64,000 bases of DNA from an uncultured Chloroflexia bacterium. GTDB taxonomy: Bacteria > Chloroflexota > Limnocylindria > Limnocylindrales > CSP1-4. The DNA is taken from assembly GCA_963734535.1 (NCBI GenBank), contig CAVTHS010000003.1, forward strand, positions 96,001 through 160,000, in the 5' to 3' direction. Shown here one piece after another: positions 52,112 to 61,822 of the stretch. A program made the position numbers and the translations under genes. A model generated the notes under the pieces. It saw only the letters and a program-made list of their open reading frames with translations. It ran no database searches and was not told the origin of the DNA. Position 1 is the first letter of the stretch. Each line of letters begins with the position of its first letter.

Positions 52112-54444
52112 GCGCCATCGGCACGGCGTTCGACTACGCCACCCCCATCGCGGCCGAGGAGCGGCGGCACCTCCCGCTGGCGCCCGCCGAGGGATGGTCG
52201 AGCGTGCTGCTGCTCGCCCTCATGGCTGCGCTCGTCGGGTGGGCGATCGACGACTCGCGCTGGGTGCTCGGGAGCCAGTCGCTCACGAACTTCCTTCCGT
52301 GGGCAGGTGCGCTCGGCGTGCTCTGGGGCGTGGTCGCGGCGAAGGCGGGTCGCGGTCGCCTGCTCGCCCACGTCGGCGGGGCGGCGGTCGCGACCATCTA
52401 CCTCACGCTCGTCGTCGGCGACCAGCTCGCCCCGGGCGCGTCCGTCGGCGGCCTGTTCCAGGCAACCTCGAACTCGGTCGTGGAGGCGTGGATCGACCTC
52501 GTGGTCCGCAGCCGTGCCACGACCACCGAGATCGGCCATTTCCTGCTCGTGCTCGGGATCATCTGCTGGGCGGCCGGTCACTTCGCGGGGTACACCGCGT
52601 TCGCCCACCGGCGTCCTGTGGCCGCCGTTCTCCTGCCTGGCTCGATCCTCCTCGCCAACGTCGTCCTGACCATTCGCGACCAGTACCCGCTCCTGGTGGT
52701 CTTCTCGCTCGCCGGGCTCCTCTTCCTGGTGCGATTCCATGTTGCCGACGAGCAGCGCGCCTGGATGCGGCATCGGATCGGCGACGTGGGTGACGCGGTC
52801 GGGCTCTCGCTCCGGGCGGGCCTCACCTTCGTCGGCCTCGCCGTCGTCGGGGCGCTCCTGCTGACGCAGTCAGCCTCGTCAGCGCCGCTCGCGAACGCCT
52901 GGCCGGGGCTCAACCAGAAGTTCACCGAGATTGCCCAGCAGTTCGTCAGGTATTTCCCGGCGGGCGGTCCCGGGACCCGGATCACGGGCACGCAGTTCTC
53001 GGATTCCGTGACGGTGACCGGTCAGTGGACGGCGGACGGGACGCCCATCCTCACCATCCAGGCCCCGGCCGGCAGTCCCCGGACGAAGTGGCGGGCGGTT
53101 GCGTACGATCGGCTCATCGGGAACACGTGGAGCTGGAGCCAGACCGCGGAGGTCAGCATCGGCGCGACGGACGGTCTCCTGGCCGGTACCCGGGACGCGC
53201 CCCTCGACACCGTCGCCTACCTGACGGCCGACTACCAGGTGAGCGGCCTGGCGGCCGGGAGCATCGTCGTATCGCCGGGGCTTCCAACGAAGCTCGACCG
53301 AACGGCGCGCGTGACGCTGGTCCAGGGCGGCGGCGAAACCGCGTTCGGTCGAATCCTGCCGGCCGGGAGTGGCGGGTACCGCCTCGAGGCGCTCCTGCCG
53401 GACCTCTCCAATCCGACCGACCCGAAGGCGTTGACCGCGAACCGCCTCCGGGCCGCGGGGACCGACTACCCGTCCAACCTGTTCGCCACCTACACCTCCA
53501 TCGAGCCGGGCACGGTGGGGCCGGAGACGCGCGCGCTGCTCTCCGAGATCCTGGGCGCGGCGAAGCCGACGTCGCCGTACGACACGGCGCGGGAGATCGA
53601 GTCGTACCTGCGCGACCCCCGCCACTTCACCTACAGCACGAACGTGTCCGACGTGGACTGCGGTGGCCGCGGCGTCGTCGATTGCTTCGTGTACTCGCGG
53701 AAGGGCTACTGCGAGCATTTCGCCTCGACGATGGTGATGATGCTCCGCGTCGAAGGGATCCCGGCCCGGTTCGTGGAGGGGTTCCTGCCCGGGGCTCGCG
53801 ACGCGAGCGGTCGCGAGACGATCCTCCGCAGCGGGGCGCACGCCTGGGTCGAGGCCTGGTTCCCCGGCGCGGGCTGGATCGACTTCGACCCGACCGGCGG
53901 TGGCGTTGGCCAGCCGCTCGTGCTGCCGCCCGGACCCGCTGTCCCGACGGCGTCGCCGTCCGCCAGCGCTGGGGCAAGCGGGAGCCCGGGCGCGAGCCAT
54001 CGGGCCGGCGTCGATGAGCCGGCCGGACCGGCGGAAGGCGGCTCGGGGAGCGGTTTCCGCACGCCCGGCATCGGCCCGGCCATCGTGGTCGTGCTGCCTG
54101 TCTCGTTCGCCCTGATCGGGTTCGGGTTCGTCTTCTTCAGGCGCCGCCTCCGCCGGCCTGCCGAGCCCGCTGCCGTCTACCGCACCGTGGCCGGGCTGGC
54201 CGGTCGGCTGGGCTACCCCCGCCGTCCAACCCAGACGGTCTACGAGTACCTGGGTTCGCTCTCCGACGTGGTGCCCGCGGTCCGTCCGGACCTCCAGCTC
54301 GTCGCGCGCTCGACCGTGGAGGCGACCTACGGTCGACGACGGTTCGGCGTCGAGCGGCTCTCTGCGCTGGGCGACGCGCAGCGGCGCCTCCGGATCGCGC
54401 TGCTCCGGCTCGCGTTCGTGCGCCGGCGGGGCCGCCGGCGCTGA
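52108..54444 (+). CDS. Membrane transglutaminase-like protein (TgpA/DUF3488, C-terminal DUF4129-like)
   Basis: N-terminal TM helices and catalytic triad GYCEHFAS / HAWVE / DFDPT. GTGA overlap. Confidence 0.88.
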   Translation: MSAIGTAFDYATPIAAEERRHLPLAPAEGWSSVLLLALMAALVGWAIDDSRWVLGSQSLTNFLPWAGALGVLWGVVAAKAGRGRLLAHVGGAAVATIYLTLVVGDQLAPGASVGGLFQATSNSVVEAWIDLVVRSRATTTEIGHFLLVLGIICWAAGHFAGYTAFAHRRPVAAVLLPGSILLANVVLTIRDQYPLLVVFSLAGLLFLVRFHVADEQRAWMRHRIGDVGDAVGLSLRAGLTFVGLAVVGALLLTQSASSAPLANAWPGLNQKFTEIAQQFVRYFPAGGPGTRITGTQFSDSVTVTGQWTADGTPILTIQAPAGSPRTKWRAVAYDRLIGNTWSWSQTAEVSIGATDGLLAGTRDAPLDTVAYLTADYQVSGLAAGSIVVSPGLPTKLDRTARVTLVQGGGETAFGRILPAGSGGYRLEALLPDLSNPTDPKALTANRLRAAGTDYPSNLFATYTSIEPGTVGPETRALLSEILGAAKPTSPYDTAREIESYLRDPRHFTYSTNVSDVDCGGRGVVDCFVYSRKGYCEHFASTMVMMLRVEGIPARFVEGFLPGARDASGRETILRSGAHAWVEAWFPGAGWIDFDPTGGGVGQPLVLPPGPAVPTASPSASAGASGSPGASHRAGVDEPAGPAEGGSGSGFRTPGIGPAIVVVLPVSFALIGFGFVFFRRRLRRPAEPAAVYRTVAGLAGRLGYPRRPTQTVYEYLGSLSDVVPAVRPDLQLVARSTVEATYGRRRFGVERLSALGDAQRRLRIALLRLAFVRRRGRRR

Positions 54445-54576
54445 GAACCGCGGTGCTGCGGTGCGGTGCTTTGACGGCTGCGCGAGGACGCGGCGGACGA
54501 GCCGCCGTCGCGGAGACGCCCGCGCCGTAACAGCGAACGAGACGCCGACGCCAGGAGACAGCGCGAGGGGCCGGGC

Positions 54577-55497
54577 CTACAGGGCGCCGCTTCGCGAACG
54601 TGCGGCGGCCTCGTCCTCTGCGCGACGCTCCGCATCGCCGGCCTCGATCTCGAGCGGCGCCAGATGCTCGGTCCGGTTCCAGGCCCGCAGGACCGTCCGC
54701 CCGTTCCGGATGTCGAGGACCGCGATGCCGGTCGTCGTCTGGGTGAACGTCCAGAAGCGGTCAAGCGGCAGGCCCAGCAGCGCGAGGAGCGCGACCTTGA
54801 ATGCGCCGTCGTGGCCGACGAGGACCGTCCACGGCCCGGCGTGGGGATCGTAGAACGACGGGGTCGCCGAGGCGGTCGTGCCAGTCGCGGGACCGGACGA
54901 GCCGCTCTCCGGGGCGGGGGAGCCGGCAGCCGTGGACGCGTCCCCGGCGGCAGTGGCATCGGACGACGCGCGAACGAGCCCGTCGATCACCCTGGCCAGG
55001 GCGGCCCGAACGCGCCGGTCCACCTCGACCAGGGATTCGCCTCCGGGCGCGTAGACCCGGACCGGGTCGCGTCGCCAGCCGGCGATCTCGGCCGGCCAGC
55101 CGGCCTCGACATCCCGCTGGTAGAGGCCTTCCCAGGCTCCCTGCCCGATCTCCCGGAGACCCGGCTCCGGGACGAGCGGCGGGGCCGGCCGCCCTCGCGC
55201 GGCGATCGCCGTCGCGACCGCGGACGCCGTCTGGGCGGTCCGGGCGAGCGGGGAGTGAACGATCGCGATGGGATCTCCCGCCGGCACCGGGAGGCGCGGC
55301 GGGGCACCCGGGTCGGCGAGGCGCGCACCGGCGAGCGCGGCCTGGCGCTCGCCGAGCGGCGAGAGCGGCGTGTCGGCCTGGCCCTGGAAGCGACCCTCCG
55401 CCAGCCAGACCGACTGGCCGTGGCGCAGGAGGACGAGCGACGCGGCGAGGTCCGGCGGGACGACGAGCGGTGCCACCGTCCCCGGGACGTCCGTCAC
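54577..55497 (-). CDS. Histidine phosphatase family protein, candidate phosphoserine phosphatase
   Basis: LLRHGQS, SPLART, GESL and VGHDG motifs. GTGA overlap with serA. Confidence 0.82.
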   Translation of the reverse strand: MTDVPGTVAPLVVPPDLAASLVLLRHGQSVWLAEGRFQGQADTPLSPLGERQAALAGARLADPGAPPRLPVPAGDPIAIVHSPLARTAQTASAVATAIAARGRPAPPLVPEPGLREIGQGAWEGLYQRDVEAGWPAEIAGWRRDPVRVYAPGGESLVEVDRRVRAALARVIDGLVRASSDATAAGDASTAAGSPAPESGSSGPATGTTASATPSFYDPHAGPWTVLVGHDGAFKVALLALLGLPLDRFWTFTQTTTGIAVLDIRNGRTVLRAWNRTEHLAPLEIEAGDAERRAEDEAAARSRSGAL

Positions 55498-57077
55498 GCG
55501 GAATCGCCGAGCTCGACGCCCCAGATGTCGAGAACTCCGTCCATTGCCCGGATCCGGTCGGCGACGTCGTCCGGTACGGCCTCGTCGAGGGCGAGGAGCA
55601 TGAACGCGTCGCTCCGCGGGGCGGAGCGACCGAGGTGCATGGCGCTGATGTTGATATCCGCCTCTCCGAGCAGGATCCCGATCCGTCCCATCATGCCCGG
55701 ACGATCCTGGTGGCGCGTCACGAGCATCCACGGCGCCGGGGCCATCTCCACCTCGTAGTCGTCGAGGCGGACGAGCCGCTGCTCGCCGTTCGCGAGCGTG
55801 CCCGCGACCGCATGCGGGGAACCATCCGCGATCCCGCTGACCGTCACGAGCGTTGCGAACGCACCTGCGTCAGGCGTCTTGCGCTCGACGAGGGTGATCC
55901 CGCGGGCCTTCGCGAGGTGCGCGGCGTTGACGAGGTTGACCCGCTCCGTGGTGGTGCCGTCCAGCAGGCCGCGCAGCACCGCCGCCTGGAGAGGCGTCAC
56001 GTCGTGGGCGGCCAGCTCGCCGGCGACCTCGAGCGTGAGCGTCTCGACGGCGCCGCGTGCGAACTGCGCGTAGAAGCGACCCAGGGTCTCCGCGAGCGAG
56101 AGGTACGGCGCGATGGCCCGCGCGGTCTCCGGCGTCAGGAGGGGGGCGTTCACCGCGTAGCGCGCCGGGCGGCCGTCCAGCACGTCGAGGACCTGCTGCG
56201 AAGCCTCCTCTGCCACGAGCACCTGGGCCTCGGCGGTCGACGCGCCGAGATGCGGCGTGAGGACCGTGTTTGGCGCCTCGAGGAGCGGGTTGCCCGTCGG
56301 GGGCTCCGCGGTGTACACGTCGATGCCGGCGCCCGCGATCGTACCCGCGTGGAGGGCCGCCGCCAGCGCCGCCTCGTCGACCACCGCGCCACGGGCGACG
56401 TTGAGGAGGAAGGCCGACGGCTTCATCCGGGCCAGCTCGGCCTCGCCGATCAGGCCCCTGGTTGTCTTCGTGACCGGAACGTGGACGGTGACCGCGTCGG
56501 AGCGCTCGAGGAGCTCCTCGAACGCGACGAGCTCGATTCCGTGGCGCGCCGCCTGCTCGACTGAGACGAAGGGGTCGCTGCCGATCACGATCATCTCGAG
56601 GCCCCGCGCGCGGTCGGCGATCGCCTGGCCGATCTTCCCGAGGCCCACGATCCCGAGCGTCTTTCCGCGCAGCTCGTTCCCGGAGAACGCGCTGCGCTTC
56701 CACTCGCCGCGCCGCATCGAGGCATCCGCCGCGGCGACCTTGCGGGCCAGCGCGAACAGGAGGGCCAATGTCAGCTCGGCCGCCGCGATCGTGTTGCCGG
56801 TCGGCGCGTTCACGACCGTGATCCCGGCGCGCGTCGCCGCGTCGAGGTCCACGTTGTCCACGCCCACGCCGGCCCGGCCGATCACCGTCAGGCGGGTGCC
56901 CGCCGCGATCATGTCCGCATCCACCTTTACCTGGCTGCGGACCACGAGGGCGTCGTATTCGGGCAGGATCGCCCGGTAGGCCTCCGGCGTGAGGCCCACC
57001 TTCTCGTCGACGTCGTGGTGCCGACGGAGGATCTCGATCCCCTCCTTGGCGAGGGGCTCCGCGACCAGGATCCTCAT
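55494..57077 (-). CDS. serA: D-3-phosphoglycerate dehydrogenase
   Basis: GRAGVGVDNVD, GLGKIG, NVARG and TPHLGASTAEAQ, with ASB and ACT (DRPGMMG) domains. Confidence 0.96.
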   Translation of the reverse strand: MRILVAEPLAKEGIEILRRHHDVDEKVGLTPEAYRAILPEYDALVVRSQVKVDADMIAAGTRLTVIGRAGVGVDNVDLDAATRAGITVVNAPTGNTIAAAELTLALLFALARKVAAADASMRRGEWKRSAFSGNELRGKTLGIVGLGKIGQAIADRARGLEMIVIGSDPFVSVEQAARHGIELVAFEELLERSDAVTVHVPVTKTTRGLIGEAELARMKPSAFLLNVARGAVVDEAALAAALHAGTIAGAGIDVYTAEPPTGNPLLEAPNTVLTPHLGASTAEAQVLVAEEASQQVLDVLDGRPARYAVNAPLLTPETARAIAPYLSLAETLGRFYAQFARGAVETLTLEVAGELAAHDVTPLQAAVLRGLLDGTTTERVNLVNAAHLAKARGITLVERKTPDAGAFATLVTVSGIADGSPHAVAGTLANGEQRLVRLDDYEVEMAPAPWMLVTRHQDRPGMMGRIGILLGEADINISAMHLGRSAPRSDAFMLLALDEAVPDDVADRIRAMDGVLDIWGVELGDSA

Positions 57078-58261
57078 GCCGGGACCCCGGCCGTCGCGGG
57101 ACGGGCACCGACCGAGGCGACGACGGCGCGCTGGGCTGCGGCGACGGCCGCGCCCGGTTCCACGGGCCGCCCGAACGCGAGGGCGACCTCCTCGAGGACG
57201 CCGATCGCTCCGAGGATGTCGTCCAGGTTGACCGCCCCGAGGTGGCCGACCCGGAAGATCCTGCCCTTCAGCTTGCCCTGGCCCCCGGCAAGGACGACCT
57301 GGCGCGCCTTCACCTCGCCGTTGAATGCCTTCCAGTCGAGGTCATCCGGGACCCAGGCCGCCGTCACCGTGTTCGAGGCGTACGCCGGGTCTGCCAGGAG
57401 CCGGAACCCGAGCGCCTCGAGCCCGGCCCGCGTGGCCGCGGCGCAGGCAGCGTGGCGTGCGAAGACCCCGGCCGGCGTCTCGGCCTCCATCAGCTCGAGG
57501 CCGGCGTCGACCTGGTACATGACGGCGACCGCAGGCGTCCAGGGCGTCTGGCCAGTGGCTGCCGACTTCCGCGCCTCGCGAATGTCGAAGTAGAAGCGCG
57601 GCATCCGAGCGGATGCGGCGGCGGCCCAGGCCCGCTCCGAGAGGGCGATCATCGACATCCCGGGCGCGGCCATCCATGCCTTCTGGGAGCCGGTCACGAC
57701 CACGTCCAGGCCCCACGCGTCCATCTCGAAGGGGACCGCGCCGAGTGCCGAGACACCGTCCACGAGGAGGAGCGCGTCGGGTGCCAGCTCGCGGACGACG
57801 GCGGCGAGCGCTTCGATCGGGTTCGTCACGCCGGTCGAGGTCTCGTTGTGGGTCAGCAGCACCGCCCGGTAGCCGGCGTCGGCCGCGAGGTGGGCCCGCA
57901 GGGCGGCCGGATCGGCGGCCATGCCCCACTCGGTCTCGAGGCGGGTGACGTCGGCGCCGTAGACGCTGGCGATCTTCGCGAAGCGATCGCCGAACGCGCC
58001 GGTCGGGACGGCAAGCACGCGATCGGCGGGGGAAAGGACGTTGACGATGGCTGCCTCCAGCCCGCCCGTCCCTGCCGCCGTCAGGAGGAGCACCTCCTGC
58101 TCGGTACCGAAGAAGACCCGCATGCGGCGGTCGATCCGGGCGAGCAGGGCCGCGAACTCGGGGCCGCGGTGGTTGATCATCTGGCGGCCGCCGGCCTCGC
58201 GCACCGATGGCGGCAGGTGGGTCGGGCCGGGGATCCGGAGGTTGGGCTCGAATCGGTACAC
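57074..58261 (-). CDS. Class V PLP aminotransferase (serine-pyruvate/phosphoserine aminotransferase type)
   Basis: LRIPGPT, HNETSTGV, DGVS, TGSQKAW and FRVGHLG. ATGA overlap with serA. Confidence 0.9.
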   Translation of the reverse strand: MYRFEPNLRIPGPTHLPPSVREAGGRQMINHRGPEFAALLARIDRRMRVFFGTEQEVLLLTAAGTGGLEAAIVNVLSPADRVLAVPTGAFGDRFAKIASVYGADVTRLETEWGMAADPAALRAHLAADAGYRAVLLTHNETSTGVTNPIEALAAVVRELAPDALLLVDGVSALGAVPFEMDAWGLDVVVTGSQKAWMAAPGMSMIALSERAWAAAASARMPRFYFDIREARKSAATGQTPWTPAVAVMYQVDAGLELMEAETPAGVFARHAACAAATRAGLEALGFRLLADPAYASNTVTAAWVPDDLDWKAFNGEVKARQVVLAGGQGKLKGRIFRVGHLGAVNLDDILGAIGVLEEVALAFGRPVEPGAAVAAAQRAVVASVGARPATAGVPA

Positions 58262-58368
58262 GGCGGGGGCCTCCTTGTCGGGCGGTCGATCGCGGCCGTC
58301 CGCGCCCGGGGGCGCGCACGAGCTTGCTTGAGGGTAGGGGAGGGGGGCCGGGCCGTCCAGTGTGGTAT

Positions 58369-58382
58369 ATATGCGCGCATAT
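58369..58382. promoter_or_regulatory. Palindromic candidate operator of vapBC
   Basis: Perfect 14-bp palindrome ATATGCGCGCATAT in an AT-rich patch overlapping the antitoxin start. Confidence 0.6.
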
Positions 58383-58641
58383 GCCTGCCTTGAAGCGGAC
58401 CACGATCCTGGCCGAGCCCGACCTCCTCGACCGGCTCGACCGTTACGCGCGCCGCACCCGATCCACGAAGACGGCCGTCATTGGCGCGGCCCTCGAGGCC
58501 TACCTGTCCTCCCGCGAGGATGTACCCGTGCTCGCGTTCATCGGGGTCGGGCGGAGCACCCACGGCCGCCTCTCGCTCGATGCCCGCCGGATCGCCGCTC
58601 GCGAGGTCGGGACGCGGCGGCGTGCCGACGGCAGCGGCTGA
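58381..58641 (+). CDS. vapB: Ribbon-helix-helix (CopG-like) antitoxin
   Basis: KRTTI..EPDLLDRL...ARR...TKTAVI..ALEAYL directly upstream of a PIN gene. Alternative TTG start at 58390. Confidence 0.78.
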   Translation: MPALKRTTILAEPDLLDRLDRYARRTRSTKTAVIGAALEAYLSSREDVPVLAFIGVGRSTHGRLSLDARRIAAREVGTRRRADGSG

Positions 58642-58645
58642 CCCG

Positions 58646-59068
58646 ATGGCCGTGTTGCTGGACGTGTCGGCAATCGTCGCGGCGGCCGACACGGCGGACC
58701 TCAATCACGCGGCAGCGAAGGCCTGGTTCGGGCACATCGACGAGCCCCTCCTGGTCGGCGCGCTCTCGCTCGGCGAGGCCGATCACGTCCTGCAGCGCGA
58801 GCTGGGGCAGCCCGCGACGCTCGCGCTCCTCGAGGCGCTGACGAGCGGCGCCATCCGGGTGGTCGCGCCGACCGACGCGGACCTCGTCAGCGCCGCTGTG
58901 CTCCTGGTCGAGCATGCCGAGCACCACCCGCGGTTGTCGGATGCGCTCCTCGTCGCGGCCGCCGCCCGGCTCGGCGTGCGGCGGATCGCGACATTCGACC
59001 GGCGGCCGCTGGCGGTGCTGTCGCCGCGCACCTCGCGCGGCGAGCGGCTCCTGGACCTGGAGCCGTAG
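58646..59068 (+). CDS. vapC: PIN-domain toxin
   Basis: LLDVS, E44, SDA and IATFDRR acidic quartet; 140 aa. Confidence 0.85.
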   Translation: MAVLLDVSAIVAAADTADLNHAAAKAWFGHIDEPLLVGALSLGEADHVLQRELGQPATLALLEALTSGAIRVVAPTDADLVSAAVLLVEHAEHHPRLSDALLVAAAARLGVRRIATFDRRPLAVLSPRTSRGERLLDLEP

Positions 59069-59218
59069 CGATCACGGATGCGATGACCGGCGCGTGACGG
59101 CAGCAGCCCTGCGTCCAATGTGGCGGCCGCCCAACGTGACCCGGCCAGCGCTCAATGGGCGGCCCGACGAATGGCGCGACGCCGCCGGCGCGGCCCGGCG
59201 GTCCACGAGGCGGTCGCG

Positions 59219-60611
59219 CTAGCCGTTCGTCCCGGGCGGTCGGTCCCTGCGGACCCTCCGGGCGGTCATCCGCGCCTTGATGCCGGCCTCGGCGCCCTGA
59301 TCGGACGGCTGGTACCAGCCGCCCGCCATGCCGCGCGGCAGATACGCCTGGTCGGCAGCGCCATCAGCTTCGTCGTGCGGGTTGCGGTAGGTCTTCGCGG
59401 CCGGGCGGAGGTGCCCGGGGACCGGGCGCGGCCCGCGTGACCGCAGCTCGTCGCGCGCGGCGAAGAAGGCCCGGCTGGACGCCGCGGACTTGGGAGAGGC
59501 AGCGAGGAAGGCGGCCGCCTGCGCCAGCGCGTAGAGGCCCTCGTCGTTCGTCTCCGCTCCGATCTTCTCGACCGCGGTGAGCGCCGCGACGGCGAGCGGC
59601 AGCCCCGCAGGATCCGCGTTCCCGACATCCTCCGATGCCGAGATCACGAGCCGGCGCGCGAGGTATCTCGGGTCCTCGCCGGACTCGAGCGCCGTGGCGA
59701 GCCACCACAGGGCTGCGTCGGGGTCCGAGCCGCGGACGCTCTTGATGAGCGCGCTGACGACGCCCGACCGGTCGTAGCCGAGCATCGGGGTCTGTGCCGC
59801 CCGGGCGACGTCGGCGGACTCGACGACGAGGGGACGAGCGATGCCATTGGTCTCGTCGGCCGCCTCGTCGACGCCGGCAACGCGATCGACCGCGCTCGCC
59901 ACGTCCACCGCCCGCCGTTCGGCGAGCGCGGCGGCCGTCTCCAGGAGCCCGAGCATCCGGCGCGCGTCGCCCGACGCGTACCCGACGAGCTGTCGCTCCG
60001 CGGCCTCGTCGAGCGCGTACGCGCCCGCGAGCCCGACGCTCCGTATCGGCGAGCGCGCGCGCGGCGATCGTGGCGAGCTCCGCCTCGCCGAGCGGGTTGA
60101 GGCGGAAGACGCGGAGCCTCGAGAGGAGCGGCGGCGTGATCCCGCCCGCGATCGGCGGCTCCGTCGTTGCGCCCACGAGCACGATCGTGCCGGCTTCCAC
60201 GTGCGGGAGGAGCGCGTCCTGCTGCGCCTTGCTATAGCGGTGGACCTCGTCGAGGAAGACCACCGTCGTCCTGCCCTCCAGGGCCGCGGCGCTTCGTGCC
60301 TCTTCCACGACGCCACGCAGGGTCGCGACGCCGTCGGTCGTGGAGTTGAGCGGCGCAAAGCGCGCCCCGATCGCCTCCGCGAGGAGCCGGCCGATGGTGG
60401 TCTTCCCGGACCCGGGGGGACCCCACAGGATGCACGACGGGAGGCGGCCGCCCTCGACCAGGCGGCGCAGCGTGGCGCCGGGCCCCAGGAGGGCATCCTG
60501 GCCGACGACCTCGTCGAGGGCGCGCGGCCGCATCCGGTCGGCCAGGGGCCGCATGCCGTCCGGCGGCGAGAACAGGGGAACGGGCGCAGCTCCGGCCGCG
60601 CGGCGGGCCAC
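59219..60611 (-). pseudogene. rarA: Replication-associated recombination protein A (RarA/MgsA), frameshifted near 60035 (pseudogene or sequencing error)
   Basis: N-terminal half (PLADRMRP, GPPGSGKTT, DEVHR, GATTE) and C-terminal half (GDARR, SALIKSVRGSDPDAA, ASEDVGNADP) are in different frames. Confidence 0.85.
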
Positions 60612-60654
60612 GAATTCGTGCTCCCGGGCCGCGGTCAGGCGACGGGCAGTCGGG

Positions 60655-61071
60655 TCAGACGACCCGGCCGACCCCGGCGATCTGGGCCAGGGCGAAGGCG
60701 ACGAACAGGAGCGCGAAGATCCCGACGAAGACGATCGCGATGCGGCGCAGGTCGCGCCGGACGTAGGTGTACTCGTCGGCGGCGACCATCGCGAGCGTGC
60801 TGACGGCGCGGCTGCGTCCCCGGGCCGGCACGTCCGCCGCGGCGCTGCGGCGACGATCACGAACCCGATCGAGCGACGCGCTTGCCTGGCGCTCCTCGTC
60901 GACGATGCGCGCCTCGATCTCGGCCGCGCGGGCCAGCTCGTCGTCGGTGAGCGTGCCGCTCGGACGCGGCGACACCGGGGCAGGGGAGAGCGCGGCGGAC
61001 GGTCGCCCGGACGGGCTCTTCGAGGGGGGCCGCTGGCCCGGTCGCGTGCTGCCGCGCTGGCGCTTCGCCAT
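60655..61071 (-). CDS. Hypothetical protein with C-terminal TM helix
   Basis: Basic N-terminus and EYTYVRRDLRRI motif before a hydrophobic tail. GGAGG RBS; extended -10 TGCTATCCT at 61156-61164. Confidence 0.75.
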   Translation of the reverse strand: MAKRQRGSTRPGQRPPSKSPSGRPSAALSPAPVSPRPSGTLTDDELARAAEIEARIVDEERQASASLDRVRDRRRSAAADVPARGRSRAVSTLAMVAADEYTYVRRDLRRIAIVFVGIFALLFVAFALAQIAGVGRVV

Positions 61072-61243
61072 GCTGAGGTTGGCCTCCTGGATCCACCCGG
61101 CCACCCGGGTCCGGGCATGCTCGGACGGTGGCGCCCACGCGCCCGCCGACGCCGAAGGATAGCACCGCGGGCCGGTGGCGGGCCGGAGGGGGCGCCGGGT
61201 AAGCGGGCCCTGCTAGACTCGCGGGAGCCCCACCGGAGGACCC

Positions 61244-61753
61244 GTGAGCGATCTCAACACGCTCGTCAGCGCCAATATCGGCCCGATCGTCGGCCTCCTG
61301 GTGGTCGCCCTCGCGATCCTCGCCGGCGTGCTCGTGATCGTGGCCCGGCGTGCTCGTCGGCTCGAATCGCAGCTCTCCGCGCTCACCCGCGGGGACGACG
61401 GCGACAGCCTCGCCGACATCCTCGAGGCGCACCTCGACAAGGTCTACGCGGTGGCGCGCCGCCAGGACGAGCTCGACGGCCGCGCCGTGGCCCTCGAGGC
61501 ACGCGCCCGCCATACGCTCCAGGGCGTCAGCCTCGTCCGCTTCAACAACTTCGACGACACCGGCGGGAACCAGAGCTTCGCCCTTGCCGTGTCGGACCCG
61601 GAGGCCAACGGCGTGGTCATCTCCAGCCTGCACGCTCGTAACCAGACCCGCGTCTACGCGAAGGCCGTGGCCCGCGGCGTCGCCGAGGGCGCGCTGTCCG
61701 CGGAGGAGAGCAACGCGTTGCGCGAGGCGACCACCCGGGCGCTCGGTCGCTGA
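61244..61753 (+). CDS. DUF4446 family protein
   Basis: N-terminal TM; LVRFNNFDDTGGNQSFALA...NGVVISSLHARNQTRVYAK...LSAEE. Confidence 0.88.
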   Translation: MSDLNTLVSANIGPIVGLLVVALAILAGVLVIVARRARRLESQLSALTRGDDGDSLADILEAHLDKVYAVARRQDELDGRAVALEARARHTLQGVSLVRFNNFDDTGGNQSFALAVSDPEANGVVISSLHARNQTRVYAKAVARGVAEGALSAEESNALREATTRALGR

Positions 61754-61822
61754 CGGAGCGGACGTGGCCCGCCACGAACCCGCGGGTCCCGGGAGGGCGT
61801 CGATGACGCGCGGGGGCGCTCG

